DNA of 64,000 nt from Lama glama. Taxonomy: Eukaryota. Where the stretch lies: positions 7,132,001 through 7,196,000 of the forward strand of contig CM052832.1 in NCBI GenBank assembly GCA_028534125.1, in the 5' to 3' direction. The notes under the pieces were generated by a model. The model did no database searches, had not been told where the DNA came from, and was given only the letters and a program-made list of their open reading frames with translations. Of this stretch, positions 1 through 13,774 are shown piece after piece. Position 1 is the first letter of the stretch. Every line of letters begins with the position of its first letter. The position numbers and the translations under genes are program-made.

Positions 1-3000
1 CCAAGCCAACAAAATTCCATGTTTCTCCCCAGGCCACACCATGCTGCAAAGTGACTACCGGTCCCCTTCTGTTAGTGACTGCCTTGCCGGTGACATCCCC
101 AGCCCTGCCTCTTTTCTCCTGCCCAGGAGATTGCTGAGATACCCAGTGACTAAACACACCACACCACGTCCGCGTGCAGCCTGGGGTAGCGCTCGTGTCC
201 CCGGGTCCACCTACCATCATTCGGTATGAGCCCAGATCTTCTCAAAAGCCCCTCCCCAGTCCTTCCTCCTGGGATGCCTGTGGCTCTCTGGGGCACGCTC
301 CCCCTTGCTGCAGCAAGAGCGTGAACCTGACTTTGGGCGAGGACACATGCATTCTTGGTGGTTCTTTTCTGGGCGAGAGCAACGTGGGGACGAAGGAGCT
401 CAGGCTCAGCCCTGCTTCCGACCACAGCCTCTGCAAACCCAGCTTCCACAGGGATGATAAAGATGCTCTGCTGAGATGTCGCCTTGTTATCAACACCAGG
501 TTCTCCAGAGAGAGGTCACGGGCCCCTACCATGCAGTAAACGGCTTTCTCTCTTCTTCCCGTGTCTCCCGGAGGCTGTGTCTCCAGTTTGTGGCCAGGGT
601 TCCACGACAAAAGCAGAGGGACACCCTGAGCTCTGAAATGAATGTGTTGTTTCTGTCTCATTATTGCTATTTAAAATTTTTATGTTGAAAATTGTCTTAT
701 TTTTTTCTGATTTAGAAGTGGTCAAGAGTGCCCCCAAGATCCAAACAACTCTAGAAAAAATGTAAGAAACTAAAAGTAACCTGAAATCTGTTCATCACCA
801 TTAACATTTTGGGAGCCTGTCAGTATATCTCCGTCTGTGAACTTACATCCACTTTCTCTCTAAGTGGGAGAGCATGCGTACTGGTGTTCTTACACAGCGC
901 AGACCACTTTTCTCCTTTACGGTCTTTTTTTCCTCATCTCCCACCTCCCCCTCTTCCACACTGCCCCTCCAGGGCATCAGTGCCGCCTAACATGCCTCCC
1001 TCCACCTTGATCTCCATTCTGCTTTCTCCACACAGCAGTGGAGTGTGATAAAAGCCTGCTCCTGAGAAGGTCTAGGTTTTGACAATGGACCCTGGATGAA
1101 GAGACAGAGACAGAGCTCCCCATGTGCAATTAAGGAATCTGAGTAGAAGTCGGAAGACCTCTAACCCATAGATGCTGGATGAGTTGCTGTGATTTTAAAG
1201 ATTGTTGCTGGTCCATCACTGAGTTCTGCTCAGGACATGCTGACTGGAAGGATGCACACAACAGCCCCAGATGGCCTCCTCCTCTTCCCCTCAAGGTGAA
1301 AGTTGGACAGGGTGAGAGGGGGGTTGTATGCCAATCTAAACACCCTTTAGATGGTACTTCCAGTCCGTTCTCTGTGTGTGGCAGTGATTTGGCCAGGATG
1401 TCACCAAACCAGGGTGTGTCCAGCCTGCCTGGTGACTCCACTCCCCACACACCAACCTCCCCACCAACTGAAAAGAACTCAACCCTGCCAGGCGGGATTG
1501 CCCTCTGCTCTCTCATCTAATTATTCCAGATCTTGGTTTTCCAGTCCATCACCAGCATGGGTTCACCATATTCGCTTCATGCCTGTCCGTTCACGCTATT
1601 TGTTCACTCTCTTGACGTGGCTCAAGACACCCGCCATGGCCCATGGCTACTTCGTAATGCATTGCTCTCCACTGTGTACGATAAAGGTGGATGTCATTTT
1701 AACCAACTCTACCTTTTCAAAACTCTGAGGTACCCTGAAGATGAATTTGATGGTCATTATTTGTTAGAACCAATGCATTGCATAAGAAAGGACTGCCCTA
1801 ACTGGGGCTACAAAAAAGACAGGATTTGTACCCAGTGTATCAAGAGCATATTTGTTGCATTAAAGAGAGCAGCGCGTCACGTCTGGGCCCCTGTCTGTGT
1901 GTGTGTGTGTTTCTGCATCTGTAAGTCTGGGCCTCTGGTCTCTGGCCTTTTAAATCAGGACCAGGTTGCCTGCCACATCCCTCTCTCCTGCCTGTCACTC
2001 ACCAGAAGTGGCCCCTTGCAGGCTGGAGTTCTGCTGTGCAGACAGGTGCGGCAGAGTTCATCCAAAAGATTAAAAAAAAAAAAAAAAAAAAGAAAACCCC
2101 AAAACAAAAATTTTCCACTGAGAGCAGGCAAGCTTTACTTTTTTCAAATAAGTGTTACTTAACAGAAGGCCTTGTAAAGCTCGTAAAACCCTGGAACATC
2201 TGGTAAACGGTGTCAGTTTTACACGTTCTCCAGTGCAGGGTACATGACTCTTGTTTCCACTGGCGTAACTCAAAGGATGCTGGTGCGTCTCCGGGCATCC
2301 TGCCCATCCTGATTTTCATGGGATGGTCCCTAGCCAACAGGTCTGTCTCTCCTTCCACCAGTCCAGCAACAGACAACAGAAAACCTCAGAGCCCAGATCC
2401 AAGAGGCAAGGGAGATGGGGGGCAGGAGTGGAATCAGCCAAGGACATCACTCCTGCTGTGACAGGCATGCACGGCATGCTGGGAGCCTGGGGAGAGACAC
2501 AGACTAGGGTACCATGTGTGCCTGGCAGGATTCCTTCTTTGGGTGCCTTTAAAATACCATGAGAACCTGCGGTTTTAATACTCAGTCATGTATCCTCGTT
2601 GTTAAACATACCACCTTTGGCCTGGGTTGGATGCCAAGGGGCTGGGGAGGGTTACTCAAAAACATTTAAAAATCAATATTTCCAAAGTCGTCTGGAAATG
2701 AGGTCACCGCACCATCAGCAGCTGCTGTTTGCTATACCTGTTTTTATACCGTGGCAAGCACAAACCCCAAAGGCTCCACTGTGAGATTCTCACTTTGCTA
2801 TCAGAAGAAAGGCTTTTTCTTTCCTGTTGGCCTGCCTTCCCACTATGACTTTTGACCCTAGGGAGAGCCATAGGAAAACACTGGAAAGACCATCTAAATT
2901 TTAGATCCCCAAGCAAATATGGTAGAAAGAAAACCCTCATATGCTTGCACGCCCCTTTGGGATGCATTTAGGACTCAGACTGTGCCACTCTCCAAAACCC

Positions 3001-3054
3001 AGTAACTCTGGGGCAGAGCAAGCACCCAGGAATGAGCTGAGGACCCCTGGCGGT

Positions 3055-3200
3055 AGGAGGACTGACTATGTGTTCTTGAGCAGGTCCCTAGCTGAAGTCT
3101 CAATGTCTTCATGGGAGGAATTGGTCTGTGTTTCTCACAGGATTGATGTGAGACTCAAACAACTTAATACACATGGATGTGGTGGGTAAGACACTCTGCA
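3055..3200 (+). mobile_element. MIR SINE fragment (degenerate)
   Basis: 'ctatgtgttcttgagcagg...tctcacaggattgatgtgagactcaaa' resembles the MIR core and 3' part. Confidence 0.55.
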
Positions 3201-3299
3201 AATGTGACTTACAGTCATACATACATAATTGCTGACCACTTTGCTTTGTCTACAGCCTTCACTGAAAAACCTAGTTCTGGCTAATGAATTAACAGAAAG

Positions 3300-3655
3300 T
3301 CTGCTGAAAAGTTTCTTGGAAAGAAATTTTGCTGCTGATAAAAGACGCTTATATTAGATAAAGAGAGCTCTCTGGTATACCCCCTTCCCCGTGCTTCCCA
3401 ACTTTGAAGGCGGAGCTGCAGCGGCCATTCTGTCATCATGAGACTATAAGCCCAAGAGTAAAAAGTCCATATGTTGAAAATGGGAGGGAGGAGGCAGTGA
3501 AAGGGCCTGGATCCTTGATGACATCACCGAACCAAGGCCAACAAATGTCTGCTTTTGGAATTCTTGTTATGTGGGTGGGGGGTGGGGGGGACTTATTTAT
3601 ATGAGTCACTGTTAGTTGGTTTCCTGTTACTTGCAGCTGAATGCATTCTAACAGA
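3300..3655 (+). mobile_element. MLT1 (J/K-like) ERVL-MaLR solo LTR, degenerate
   Basis: 'ggagctgcagcggccattctgtcatcatgag', 'cctggatccttgatgacatc' and 3' end 'ctgttacttgcagctgaatgcattctaaca' match old MLT1 LTRs. Confidence 0.75.
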
Positions 3656-3739
3656 TTTGGTCCTTCTGCTATCCATCTTCAAAGGACCTTGCATTTTCCT
3701 CCAAAGAACTTGTCACAGTTATAATCACTTAACAAATTA

Positions 3740-3893
3740 TTTAATTCTAATTATCTGTTCAATGTCTCTACCCCCCACTTAGACTTTAAGTTCTATGAAG
3801 GCAGGAACCACATCTGTCTGGTTCTCCCTGAGCTCCTAGCTCAATGCCCAGCATATGGTAGGTGCTCAGTAAATCCTGGTTAGTTAAATGAAT
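3740..3893 (+). mobile_element. L2 LINE 3' end
   Basis: 'agactttaagttctatgaaggcagg...cccagcatatggtaggtgctcagtaaat...aatgaat' is the typical L2 terminus. Confidence 0.8.
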
Positions 3894-4759
3894 AGCTCTG
3901 ATTCTAAATGGATGCTGGTCACTTTGCTTCTTATCCTAGTGGCGCTAATGTGGTGTTTGCTTGCTCAAATTAATATTTAGGTTCTGACCACACGGAGTGA
4001 TTTCTCCACCATTTTACTTCCAATGCTAACTTGAGACAGATTTTCATGCTGGTCAACCCACTTCCCCTGTGGAGAATAACATCCAACACTGACCCCTTAG
4101 AGGATCCTCAGTAAATACTTGTTGAACAGAATTTGCAGCCTCTGAGAATTGTTTCCAATAAGATGAAGGCATTCTGCTTTCTAAAGGCAAATTGAATCCT
4201 TTCTTCAGAACTTTAATTCTCAACCCCAGTTTCAAGAGCAGGAAAGGACCTCCATAAGTAATACCTTCCCCCCACACACATACAGCTTCCTGATTATGCT
4301 TCAAGAAGAAGGAAGAACATTTTCTTAGTGAAAACCCTTCCTTTCTTTGCCTCTCCCTGGGCTGTGTCACCACTTCTCCTCTCAGCTGGAGCTAGCAACC
4401 CAAGAGCAGCCCCAGAAAAGAGAAGGAAAAAGAATTAAATCACACCACCCACAAGGAATCAGGAGTTTACAAAATAGTTTCCGCGCGGTTGGCTGCGAAC
4501 ACAGTGTGGAGGGTGGTCTCTCCCTCCGTGGCTGGTCCCCCCGCCTCCCTGTGCGGGAGGGGTGCGTATTACCTTTCCCTCTGTTAAATGCCAGCACACA
4601 GACTCCTGGAAAGGGTCCATCGGCAATGTGAAGACAGGCTCTCCCACGTGAGGCGGGACGATCCTGAGTTTCAACTTCCTGTCTCCATTCACAATGTACC
4701 TTCCAAACGGAGAGAGAGACTGGTTCCCATGGGGCCATAAAACACAACACTCAAGAACC

Positions 4760-4870
4760 AGGATTCCAGACCCGGGAACTCTGCCACTTCCTGGTTATAT
4801 AATCCTGGCACTTTATCCAATCTCCATAAAACTCATTCTCTGCCTTGCTAAAATTGGGAAATAAACGAGA
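4760..4870 (+). mobile_element. MIR SINE fragment
   Basis: 'ctctgccacttcctggttatataatcctggca...aaaattgggaaataa'. Confidence 0.55.
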
Positions 4871-5179
4871 TAACCCAAGCAAAAGTGCAAGCTTGCCACA
4901 AAGCAAGCCTCAAAGAAACTTTAGGTGTTTTTATCCAGGCGGCACCAGAATACGGCTTTATGAAACCATTGCTTCAGAAGTTGTTCGATGGCCTTCGAGA
5001 CTTTTCTTCCTGATTGGCCAGTTCCCCCAGCCCTCTCTAGTTCTGCCTGGGTTGAGTCCACCCACCTCTCCTGGCCTCGCGCTCTCTACTCCGTTTTGAT
5101 AGACGCTTTCTGCAGCATTTGGGGAGCCGTGTCCTTGGCTATCTCGGCTACCATCTTAGTCACTCTGAACTTTGCTCTC

Positions 5180-5350
5180 CAGTTCTCTGCCAGGCAAGTT
5201 ACCTCCCCTCAGCTTGTTTTCATCCTCTGAATGTCAGAGAGAATAACTGTTTCTTGGCAGGAGTGTTTGAAGGTAGAAAAATTAAATATTATTTGTGAAG
5301 TGCCAGGCACATACTGGGCACTTAAATTGTACTTAATACTGCTAGCATTA
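5180..5350 (+). mobile_element. MIR SINE fragment
   Basis: 'ggcaagttacctcccctcagcttgttttcatc...gtgaagtgccaggcacatactgggcac'. Confidence 0.6.
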
Positions 5351-5553
5351 ATAATACCATCATCATCATCATTATTATTAGTCAAGCTAATAATTCAATA
5401 ATATTATTCAATAATAATATTGATACCATTATATAATATTGATACTATTCATAATAACATTGATATTCAGTAGTCATATTAATAGTTAATAATAATTTAA
5501 TACGTTCAGTATTATTATTATTCATCGCATTATTATTATTAATATTGTTATTC
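5348..5553. repeat. AT-rich low-complexity tract, degenerate (ATT/AAT/CAT)n
   Basis: About 200 bp of imperfect ATT/AAT trinucleotide repeats directly after the MIR 3' end. Confidence 0.85.
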
Positions 5554-7477
5554 AAGAGTCAAGGTAGCATACACGTGAGTTAACCAAAGGAAACAAACAG
5601 ACATACAAACAAACTAGAAGTTAAGGGCAAAAAATGTTTTTCTTTTCTTAAAGCCGAGATGCAACTTGGCAGTCAGCTAGGGTCTGGAACGGGAGCCGGC
5701 CAGCCACCCAGCGCGCCGCTGTTTCTCGGCAAGATCCGGCTTTTAAAACTGAAGCCCCGCCGGGCAGGGTCCAGAGATGCTGGCACGTCACTGGCGACAC
5801 CACACAAACAACGAAGAACGTGTGGCTGCAGATGCACATGCAGATCTGGCTGAAAAATAAAGTCCCCAGATGGACCCACCAAGCTTGTATTTTAGTCGGA
5901 TTTCTCTCTCTCTCTGTCCCTCCATGTCTCTCCATGTCTCTCTTTCTCTCTCCCTGGCAATATTCTGGACTCCTGAAAATAGAGGTTTATTATGGAAACG
6001 CTGACAGACCCTTAAATAGAGCCCTGTGTTTGCAACACTGTAATTATGCCTCCATTGAAAAGCTCCAAAGAAAACATGATTTCCTTGTGCAAATAATTCA
6101 TGCATGGCTTTAAAGGCCCAGTTTTCAATCATTTGAACCATAAGGAACCATCGTCTTCCATATGTAAATGGATTATAAATAATAATGACATTAAAAAGGA
6201 AAAAACTAGGCCCGTATCAGGGAAATGTAGACAAACTTCCACGGTCTTCGTCAAAATGGACCTACGACTTGCTGCCATCCTGCTGCATAAGTAGGCACCG
6301 GGTCAGCCTTATTACAGAGTTGATTTGATTGGTCTAGAAACTGCCCCAGGATAAATGGGACCCTTATCTTCTCCCATTCACGCCCAGCACAGAACTCAGT
6401 TCTCTCTCTCTCTCCATCTCTTACCCTGACCGCACCCTCCCACAAAGCCGTCCTCGTGGCCCCACCACTGACATTTGCTCTGAGGCAGTCTTCAGTGGGA
6501 GGAGGGACAGTGAGAGCCTGTAATCGACCACCACAAGGTAGTGCAGTAGCTCGGCTGTGCCCAGTGACCGCAGACAGGCTCCCACTCCCTGCCAAAGATG
6601 GCCCGTGTGTTTCTCTGGGCTCTCGACACACGTCTCATCGAAGACATGAGGCCACCACCAATCCTTGAGACCAGCCCCTTGACAAGCACCGTGTGTTTGA
6701 CATACTTCATGCGTCTGCAGCCTCGGCAAAATTTGTTCCAGATTTCACAGCCACTGCACCAGGCGCTGGAGAAGGGGCCCTCCTGTGACCCTCCAGCAGC
6801 TCCCAGCAGTAATCAGAGGAGAACATGGTACTGGAGGACAGGCTTTTCTTTTTTTTCCATCCAGATTGTGGTTTGCTTATTTTCAAACAGTTATTGATAC
6901 TTCCAAATGGCACTCACTAAATGACAGGTTTCATTTAGATGATTATCAAAAACGAAACTAGCACAGTGGAGGCTATAATTCTTTTTTTTTTCAATAGCAA
7001 ATGAAAATCTGCATTATAACTCTATAGACCTCGCGTGCTTATCCATACTTATTTATACCTCCAGAAACCAAAAGTGCTCTGTGGCATTCATTTTTTCAAC
7101 ACCATAACTATATCCAGATATTTTTCACAGATGTCATTTTTCATATTTGGGGGGTAAGTTCACTCCTACGAGGTCTTTCAAATTACAAAGGAGAGATTCA
7201 ATTATGTTCCTTAGGATTTTCTTATCAAGTCTATTTTATTAGATCCTAATTATTTGAAAATTGGGTAATAGAGAGTTGCCTAAATCTCCATATAACCCCT
7301 ATAAACTCAGGGTCCCTGTGACCCAGGCTTGGTACAGGGCCATATGAAAAAAATTCAATAGAAAACATAAATATACTTGAAAGCAATGGAAATCTCTGTG
7401 TGTTCTTTTTAGAAAACACCAAATTAGAGGTGGGGAGGAGACACATGTTTAATATAAAGAAACAACTTTAAAACCCT

Positions 7478-7834
7478 TGTACGGACTGAATTGTGTTTCC
7501 CCATAAAAAGTGGATGTCGAATTGCTAACCCGCAGTGTGACTGCATTTGAGACAGGGCCTTCAAAGAGAAAATTAAGGTTAAATGAGGTCATAAGGGTGG
7601 GCCTTAATCCAATATGACCGGTGTCCTTGCAAGAGAGGAAGAGACACCGAGAAAAGGTCATGGGAGGACACTGCAAGAAGGTGGCCATCAGCAAGCCAAG
7701 GAGCGAGGCCTCCCGAGAAACCAGTTCTGCCAACACCTTGATCTTGGACTTCTGGCCTCCAGAACTGGGAGAAAATAAACGTTGGTTGTTTAAGCCACCC
7801 AGGCTGTGGCATTTGGTCACGGCAAACTAATACC
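7478..7834 (+). mobile_element. MLT1B-like ERVL-MaLR solo LTR
   Basis: Starts TGTACGGACTGAATTGTG; contains 'aattaaggttaaatgaggtcataagggtgggcc' and 'caccttgatcttggacttctggcctccagaactg'; ends 'gcaaactaatacc'; probable 5-bp TSD accct/agcct. Confidence 0.93.
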
Positions 7835-8269
7835 AGCCTCTTTAGATACCTTTCCCCTTATTCTCTCTCATACCCATCAGCGCTTCCCCCATAAAAAAAA
7901 ATCCACCTGCTCCTTCTCTGTCTGCGGCCCTCAGATTCTCCCGATTCCCACGTCACACCTGCTTTCGCTTCTCTCCCTCTGCTCCTCCCTGTGGCTCAGC
8001 TCTTTATCGTATATCTCACCCTAGCCAGCTTAGCCTTTTCTCTTCTTGTCCGGTCCAATATCAGAGATTCCAGAAAATTAAAAGCCTTCCTCTGAGAGAT
8101 GGATTGGGGGAATGGCTATGAATGTTATGAAAATCTGCTGTCCTTGTTACAGATTTCAAGATGCTACTGTGGAAGCAACCAGGACAAGAAAGAAAGGGGT
8201 GAAGGTCAAAAAGACAGAAATGTAAACACTGTGTCAGCACCGCCCACATGTTGTCAAAGCTTTAGTAGA

Positions 8270-8363
8270 GGGGCTGGGGGGTACAGCTCAGTGGGAGAGT
8301 GCTGGCTTGGTGTGCACGAAGTCCTGGGTTCAGTCCCCAGTGCTTCTGTGAAGGAAAAATAAA
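8270..8363 (+). mobile_element. Camelid tRNA-derived SINE (Vic-1-like), short form
   Basis: A-box 'cagctcagtgg', B-box 'gggttcagtccc', A-rich tail; TSD aaag(c)tttagtaga at 8256-8269 and 8364-8376. Confidence 0.9.
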
Positions 8364-9619
8364 AAAGTTTAGTAGAAAGGGCCAATTATTTCTCAACATT
8401 AAAAATAAAGAATCCAAATGTTTGCGTCATATGTTTGCTGTACCAACAAACTTGACGAAAAGCTTTGACATCCTGTGCACCTGGTACGGAGGTGCCTGAA
8501 ATGGTGTGTTCTAGTCTCATCGCCAGGCTGGCTCTTCTCTAAGTGGGCTCAGAAGTGAAGCAGACCTCCCTCACCTGGCCATTCCTTGCAGAAGAGAAAC
8601 GAGGGAGAAAAAGGGGACCTCGAAACGCTCAACGGAACAAGGACCGTTTGAAAAGCACCGTCAGGGAAGTCTGAGTTTCGTTTTGGAATGGGCTTGTTTA
8701 CTGCTGACAACCAAAATATTTAGAGATGCAGCGGGGAGAGAAGGTCACGACCAACTCCGACAAATTCTACTGTTCGTCTGCAAAGTACCTACAAAGGCTG
8801 GACTCAGACATCTGAGTGCAATTGTAACAGCACTTACAACGCGCCCTTCCCCGGCATTAACTAACGCATCCTCACAACACCCTGGGAGGGGACATGTGAT
8901 TCTATCTGTCTTGGAGAGAGGGGACGCGGTGTTCCCCAAGGGGCTCCACCTTCCCCCTGCCCGAGTCAGAGGCTTCCTGCAGATCCCAAATCTCCCACCC
9001 CACCCCGTGCCGGGGGCGGAGTCCTTCCCATTCAGCACACCAGCCAGACTCCCCCTAGGGCCAGATTCCGACAGGCAGCCCAGGCTCTCGAGCTCAGGGC
9101 GCACCTCTGCTCCTCCAGCCCTAGGGGCGGTGGTCGCCTTCTGCAGTTGCTGCAGTTGGAGTTGCCTTGCCTTTGATTGCTCTTGCAATTCTTCTAAAAA
9201 AACAAAAACAAAAACACCTTTGTAACTAATTTCCCATATGAAAGTTCCTCTGTTTAATTACTCTGCATGAGTTCTGTTTTTTCTTGAGAGACTCTGGCTG
9301 ATAGAGATGCTTTCGACCCTGGGGATTAGAATTTGCCACAAACTGACTTCCTTCCAAGACTTCTAGGCTCCCTGGACTAGCATCATTTTTAAAAAATTTC
9401 CTTGTGGACAACAACACACAAAGGGCTGCAGACGAGGAAAACCGAAGGAGAACTCTGCACCCAGCCTTTGTAGGTGGGCGTGTGCAGAACTGAGTCAAGT
9501 CTCCCGACTAACCCCACAAGAGCGGACGTGAACTAGAGGAGGCTCTCCAGGGATAGCAATGGGTTTCGACTTACAGTAATCGGTTTCCACACTTCGCATC
9601 TGTCACATCATCACCAGCA

Positions 9620-9695
9620 TATGACCTGCTAGGCCCTGGAGATACACGGTGGACTGAAATGCTACTGACCTCCAGGAACTTCCAGTCTAGCAGTC
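9620..9695 (-). mobile_element. L2 fragment
   Basis: 'gctaggccctggagatacacggtgg...gacctccaggaacttccagtctag'. Confidence 0.55.
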
Positions 9696-12579
9696 AGGTG
9701 TGATCCCGCGCGTGCTCATTCTAGGATCAGCCCTTACCATTAAAACAAAGGGAAGTCAACTGGCCCCACTGGGCTGAGTAGTGGTGCTGGCTTCGAATGG
9801 CCTGCTCCAGTCAATCCAGCCAAATAAATTCATCGTAGACTGAAATCTTTGAAGCCCCTTGGGTAGCAGTGTCATAAACCTGATGCAGTGCCCTTCAAGT
9901 TCATCCTCACAGCAATGCCCCCATCACGCAGGTCATTCAGTTAGCGGGGACAGTGACCTGCACCCCCAGGGAGGAGACCATATTTGCTCTCTCAAAGTTC
10001 AGAGCCCAGTCTCTTCCAAAATGTGACATTCCAGTTCCTTATTTCACGGCCCTGTGTGCTCTGACCATGCGTCAGTCTAATCAACTCAACTTTCAAGGGT
10101 TGCCTTGTCTTACATGTTGAAAAGAGTTTACCTTCCTTCTTCCTCCTTCCCTAAGCCAGACGTTGACCCCACCAGACCACACCTCCACCTCTTCCTTCTT
10201 AATCAGCTGTGTCTTTTCTCAGCACCTGGTAGTTTCTGACCAATTGAAGACCTTTGAGAAGTGTTTGCTTGTTGCATTAATGACCGGACAGATGATTCAT
10301 CTGGGGAGGGAAGCAACCTCTGATGTATTCACTAGGAGTTGTCTGCAAAGCATTGGCTTAGAAATCTTGCTTTAAGTGTAGTAACACATCCACCCTTGAT
10401 CACCATTAGCCTTGAATGCCAGAAATAAGACTTACAAGGAATAATGCTGAAACCCCATCCCTGGGCACAGACCGGGGCCAGGGTGTGCAGACGCAGGTTG
10501 GCTGCCGTGACCAGACCTGCAAAACTAGTTTCGTCCTCAGATTCAGCCAATTCTAGAAAATCAAGATTTCTAAGGAAATGTTTGAAGCATTTGTTTCCCA
10601 GAGTTCTCCCCAACCCCCCTGAAGTAGGCTCAGTGTGGATCCAATATTTGAAAATCTTCCATTGGCATATCCAGTTGCAGAAAATGTGGATCCCAGCAGA
10701 CTACGGGCAGACAGCTCCTTCGTTTTCCTTTGCCAAAGTGGCCTGCAAACCCAACAGCCACAGACAAAGCCCCTCTCTGCAGAGGACAAGTTAGAGGCCA
10801 CAGGGAGGTGTCTGTTAGTAGCTGTAAGACTCTCCCTTTTCCCAGATTTCAAACCTTGGTCTCTAGCTTGTTAAAGGTAGAAGGCAGACTCCCCTGGGGC
10901 CCAGATTTGTGCCCAGCCTACTGGAAATAATCAGGAAGCCAGAGATGACTCAGCGCCTGCTTTAGACCCAGGATGGCTTTTCTACCAGCCAGCACTGTTA
11001 TTTGGAGGTACTCAATCATCTGGGTGGCTGACCCTGCTTGCCTTGACCTCCAAGGCACGTTTGCCCTGTCTCACCATGACTAATCCTCTGGCTGGGCCAC
11101 AGACTTGACCTCTGAAGGCATCAAGCCCCTCGCTCTTGCCCTGCAGACCCCTGCTCTTGATTCCTGGTCCATCTCCATGTGGCCAGTCCCAACAGGAGCC
11201 ACCCACACACCAAACGGTGAGTACCTCTCCCTCAGAAGAAAAACGAAACAAAACATAAACCAATGGAAAAAAACAAATGCTGGATGGAGATCAGATGGCA
11301 GATTAGCAGTGGCTTGGGCGCTGTGCAGAATTAACATGGATGCCTCGTGCCGTGAGATGAGATCACAGTGCCCAAGGACGGGCCACCTCCAACTGTCCCC
11401 CACCCTGCCGAGACGGGGTGCCAAAGGCCTGCCCTCTCTGCCTTCTAGGCAGGAAGCCTTATATGGCTCTCGCCTTCCATCCAAAAGACAAAAGAGGAGG
11501 TGGATTTCTCTGAACCCTCGCCAGGTCGCACTGAGGTGGGTGTTGGGTCTTTTGAAACGGTCAGAATGAGTATGCTTCTGATTAGAGGGTTCCCAAGACT
11601 CTGAGCCAGCTGCTTTTTTTTTTTTTTTAAGCACATACATTTTCTTTCTGGACCAGAGCCACGTGGCTCTGGCTATGTTAATCCCCCCCAGTAGTCACAG
11701 TGCTTCCCAGGGCATCCAGGGAGTTGCTTGTTTTAGGGAAATCCTGTTAGATTGAACTCTGTTCAAGAATGTGTCCAATGGGCTTCATGAGCAAAGTGAG
11801 TTTTGCCTGGAGAGTTAAAAGCACTTGGGTAGCTGGGGGCTGGGCAGGGAGGACAGTATGTGCATCTGAGGGGTCGCACAGCCTGGCAGCACTCTGACCC
11901 GCCATCTTGGAGATGAATTAGCTACTGGAAGATTCTCAGGACGGTCCAGTTAATGAAAGGGCCGGTGAGCACTGCTGTGGTGTGGGCAGCTGTAAGGTGG
12001 GCCTTCCTCTACCTTTTGTTCTAAGATCTTCCTCTCCTACTGGGTTCTCCGGGCCCTCTCTGTGTCTGAGAGGCCCAGGAATTCTCAACGCAGTGGTTTT
12101 GCCAATAGAGAAATATGTTACCGTTTCCAAACTTTTACCTCTTATTTTCCGGACCCATCAAACCTTGCCTGTCCTGGGTCCCTACACTAGTAACAGGGGA
12201 TGATCATTAAGCCCTGTTCTTGTATTTTCCAGGGGGACACTTAGAAATAACTGGAGCAGGACATGTTCTATATGATGGGGATTTAAAAGCACTGATTTTC
12301 TTCCTTCACCCCAAGAACTCTCCGCCTTTAAGTCAAGGCCACATAGAGGTTCCCCATGGTGGATATTAACAAGCAAATTGCAGAGGCAGGATGATACGGT
12401 GGGGAGAACGCCAGTAAGAATCAGGGACTCCCATCTCCCTCCTGGCCCTGCCATTAGCTACTTATGAGAACGCAGGCACCCCCCTTCATCTCTCTCGTCC
12501 CTTTTGTGCATGAAGTCCACCGAGGCCCTGGGAATAACGGCAATTTAGTGACTCCAAAAAGTTCCACAGCCCCGAGGAC

Positions 12580-12598
12580 TGCCTGTAGGGGGCGCTTT
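12580..12598 (+). promoter_or_regulatory. CTCF-like motif
   Basis: TGCCTGTAGGGGGCGCTTT compared with core consensus CCRSYAGRKGGCRS (one mismatch); motif match only. Confidence 0.55.
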
Positions 12599-12894
12599 CT
12601 AAATATTTGATGAACAGATGTGCTCTGGCTGTGGACTAGCCTGCTGGAGAGTTAAAACACAATGATCACTTATGCATACTTCTACATTCATTAGATTCTT
12701 TCCCAACTTGGGTTTTCTTTAGTGAGGGGAGGGAGAGACAGAGAGAAAATGAGCCGGAACATAAAACACACCATCAAGAAGAGAGAAGGGAAGAAGGGGA
12801 AAAGGAGGCAGCAGCACAGAGGAGAAAATGAGCCTCTGTCACAATTTCATCCAACCCTGCTTCCCTTCCTCAAAACCAGTTGAGATACACCAGG

Positions 12895-13076
12895 GCACGT
12901 GGCCCGGTAGTTAATGAGGCTGATAGCAAATGTCCTGAATTTGAACTAGAAGACTCTACTTCTCATTGTAGAAAAGCTATTTAGCCTTTCCAAGCCTTGA
13001 TTTCCTCCTTCTCAAAGGAGGTCCACATTAGCACCTCCCTCCGTGGGTTGCTTAGAGGACTAAAAGCAGTAACACT
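12895..13076 (+). mobile_element. MIR SINE
   Basis: 'atttagcctttccaagccttgatttcctc...cacctccctccgtgggttgcttagaggactaaa'. Confidence 0.65.
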
Positions 13077-13774
13077 TGTTCATCTCCATCCTACTAAGGG
13101 CGTGTTCATCCTTCCTCGCTAAGGACTCACGATCTCTAGTTTGTTGTTTGTATCAGGGAGGAACGCCATGCCCTGAACTCTGGACAGGCGTCTAGAGGGG
13201 GAAATACTCCTTAAGCAGGAGGACAAGGGTGGTGAGGGGTGCAAGGCCTCGTAAGCTGGACCTTGTGAAGTGGGAAAACCAGTTGTACATGATGGGCTCC
13301 ACTAAGCATGCCCCAAGTGTTCCCTGGGGCCAGGTTGCCCTGGGTGCTGAGTGCATCCCTGGCTAAAGGCCAGGTCAGACTGGTCACAGCCTGAGACCCT
13401 CCCCTGCATCAATACCTGATCTCTGCGCTGCCTTCCGACACCTGGTGGTTCTCGACCAGTGAGTTATTCTCAGCTGAGAATAAACAGATAGACCAAAGCT
13501 CTTCACAAGTTAAAAGGTCATCTAGAGATAAGGTCAGCTGAGGCCTGGGGGCCCCACCCTGCTCAGAGGGAGTGAGGAAAGGATGGGTGGGGGTCTTTTC
13601 TTCTCAAGGCAGACTTGGGGTTTTTAATCACTGATAGTAACGAAGTGGACTGGCAGCTAGAACAACACAGTGAGCTACCAGAGCCTAAAGAAGTTTGAGT
13701 GTAAAAGAAAAATTATCTAACAAAGTGTTGTTGCTGTCTTTTAAATATTCCATAGAGTTCTTTTCTGAAGATCT

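Noticed and set aside
174..539. 121-aa ORF as a possible terminal coding exon
   Set aside because: In-frame stop just upstream, no clear splice acceptor and no protein similarity I recognise
1533..2162. Longest ORF in the track (209 aa)
   Set aside because: No recognisable homology; starts at a non-ATG codon and reads through a (TG)n microsatellite and a poly(A) run, typical of a chance ORF
8683..9225. 180-aa and overlapping 147-aa ORFs
   Set aside because: They overlap a probable MIR remnant and GC-rich low-complexity sequence; no domain features
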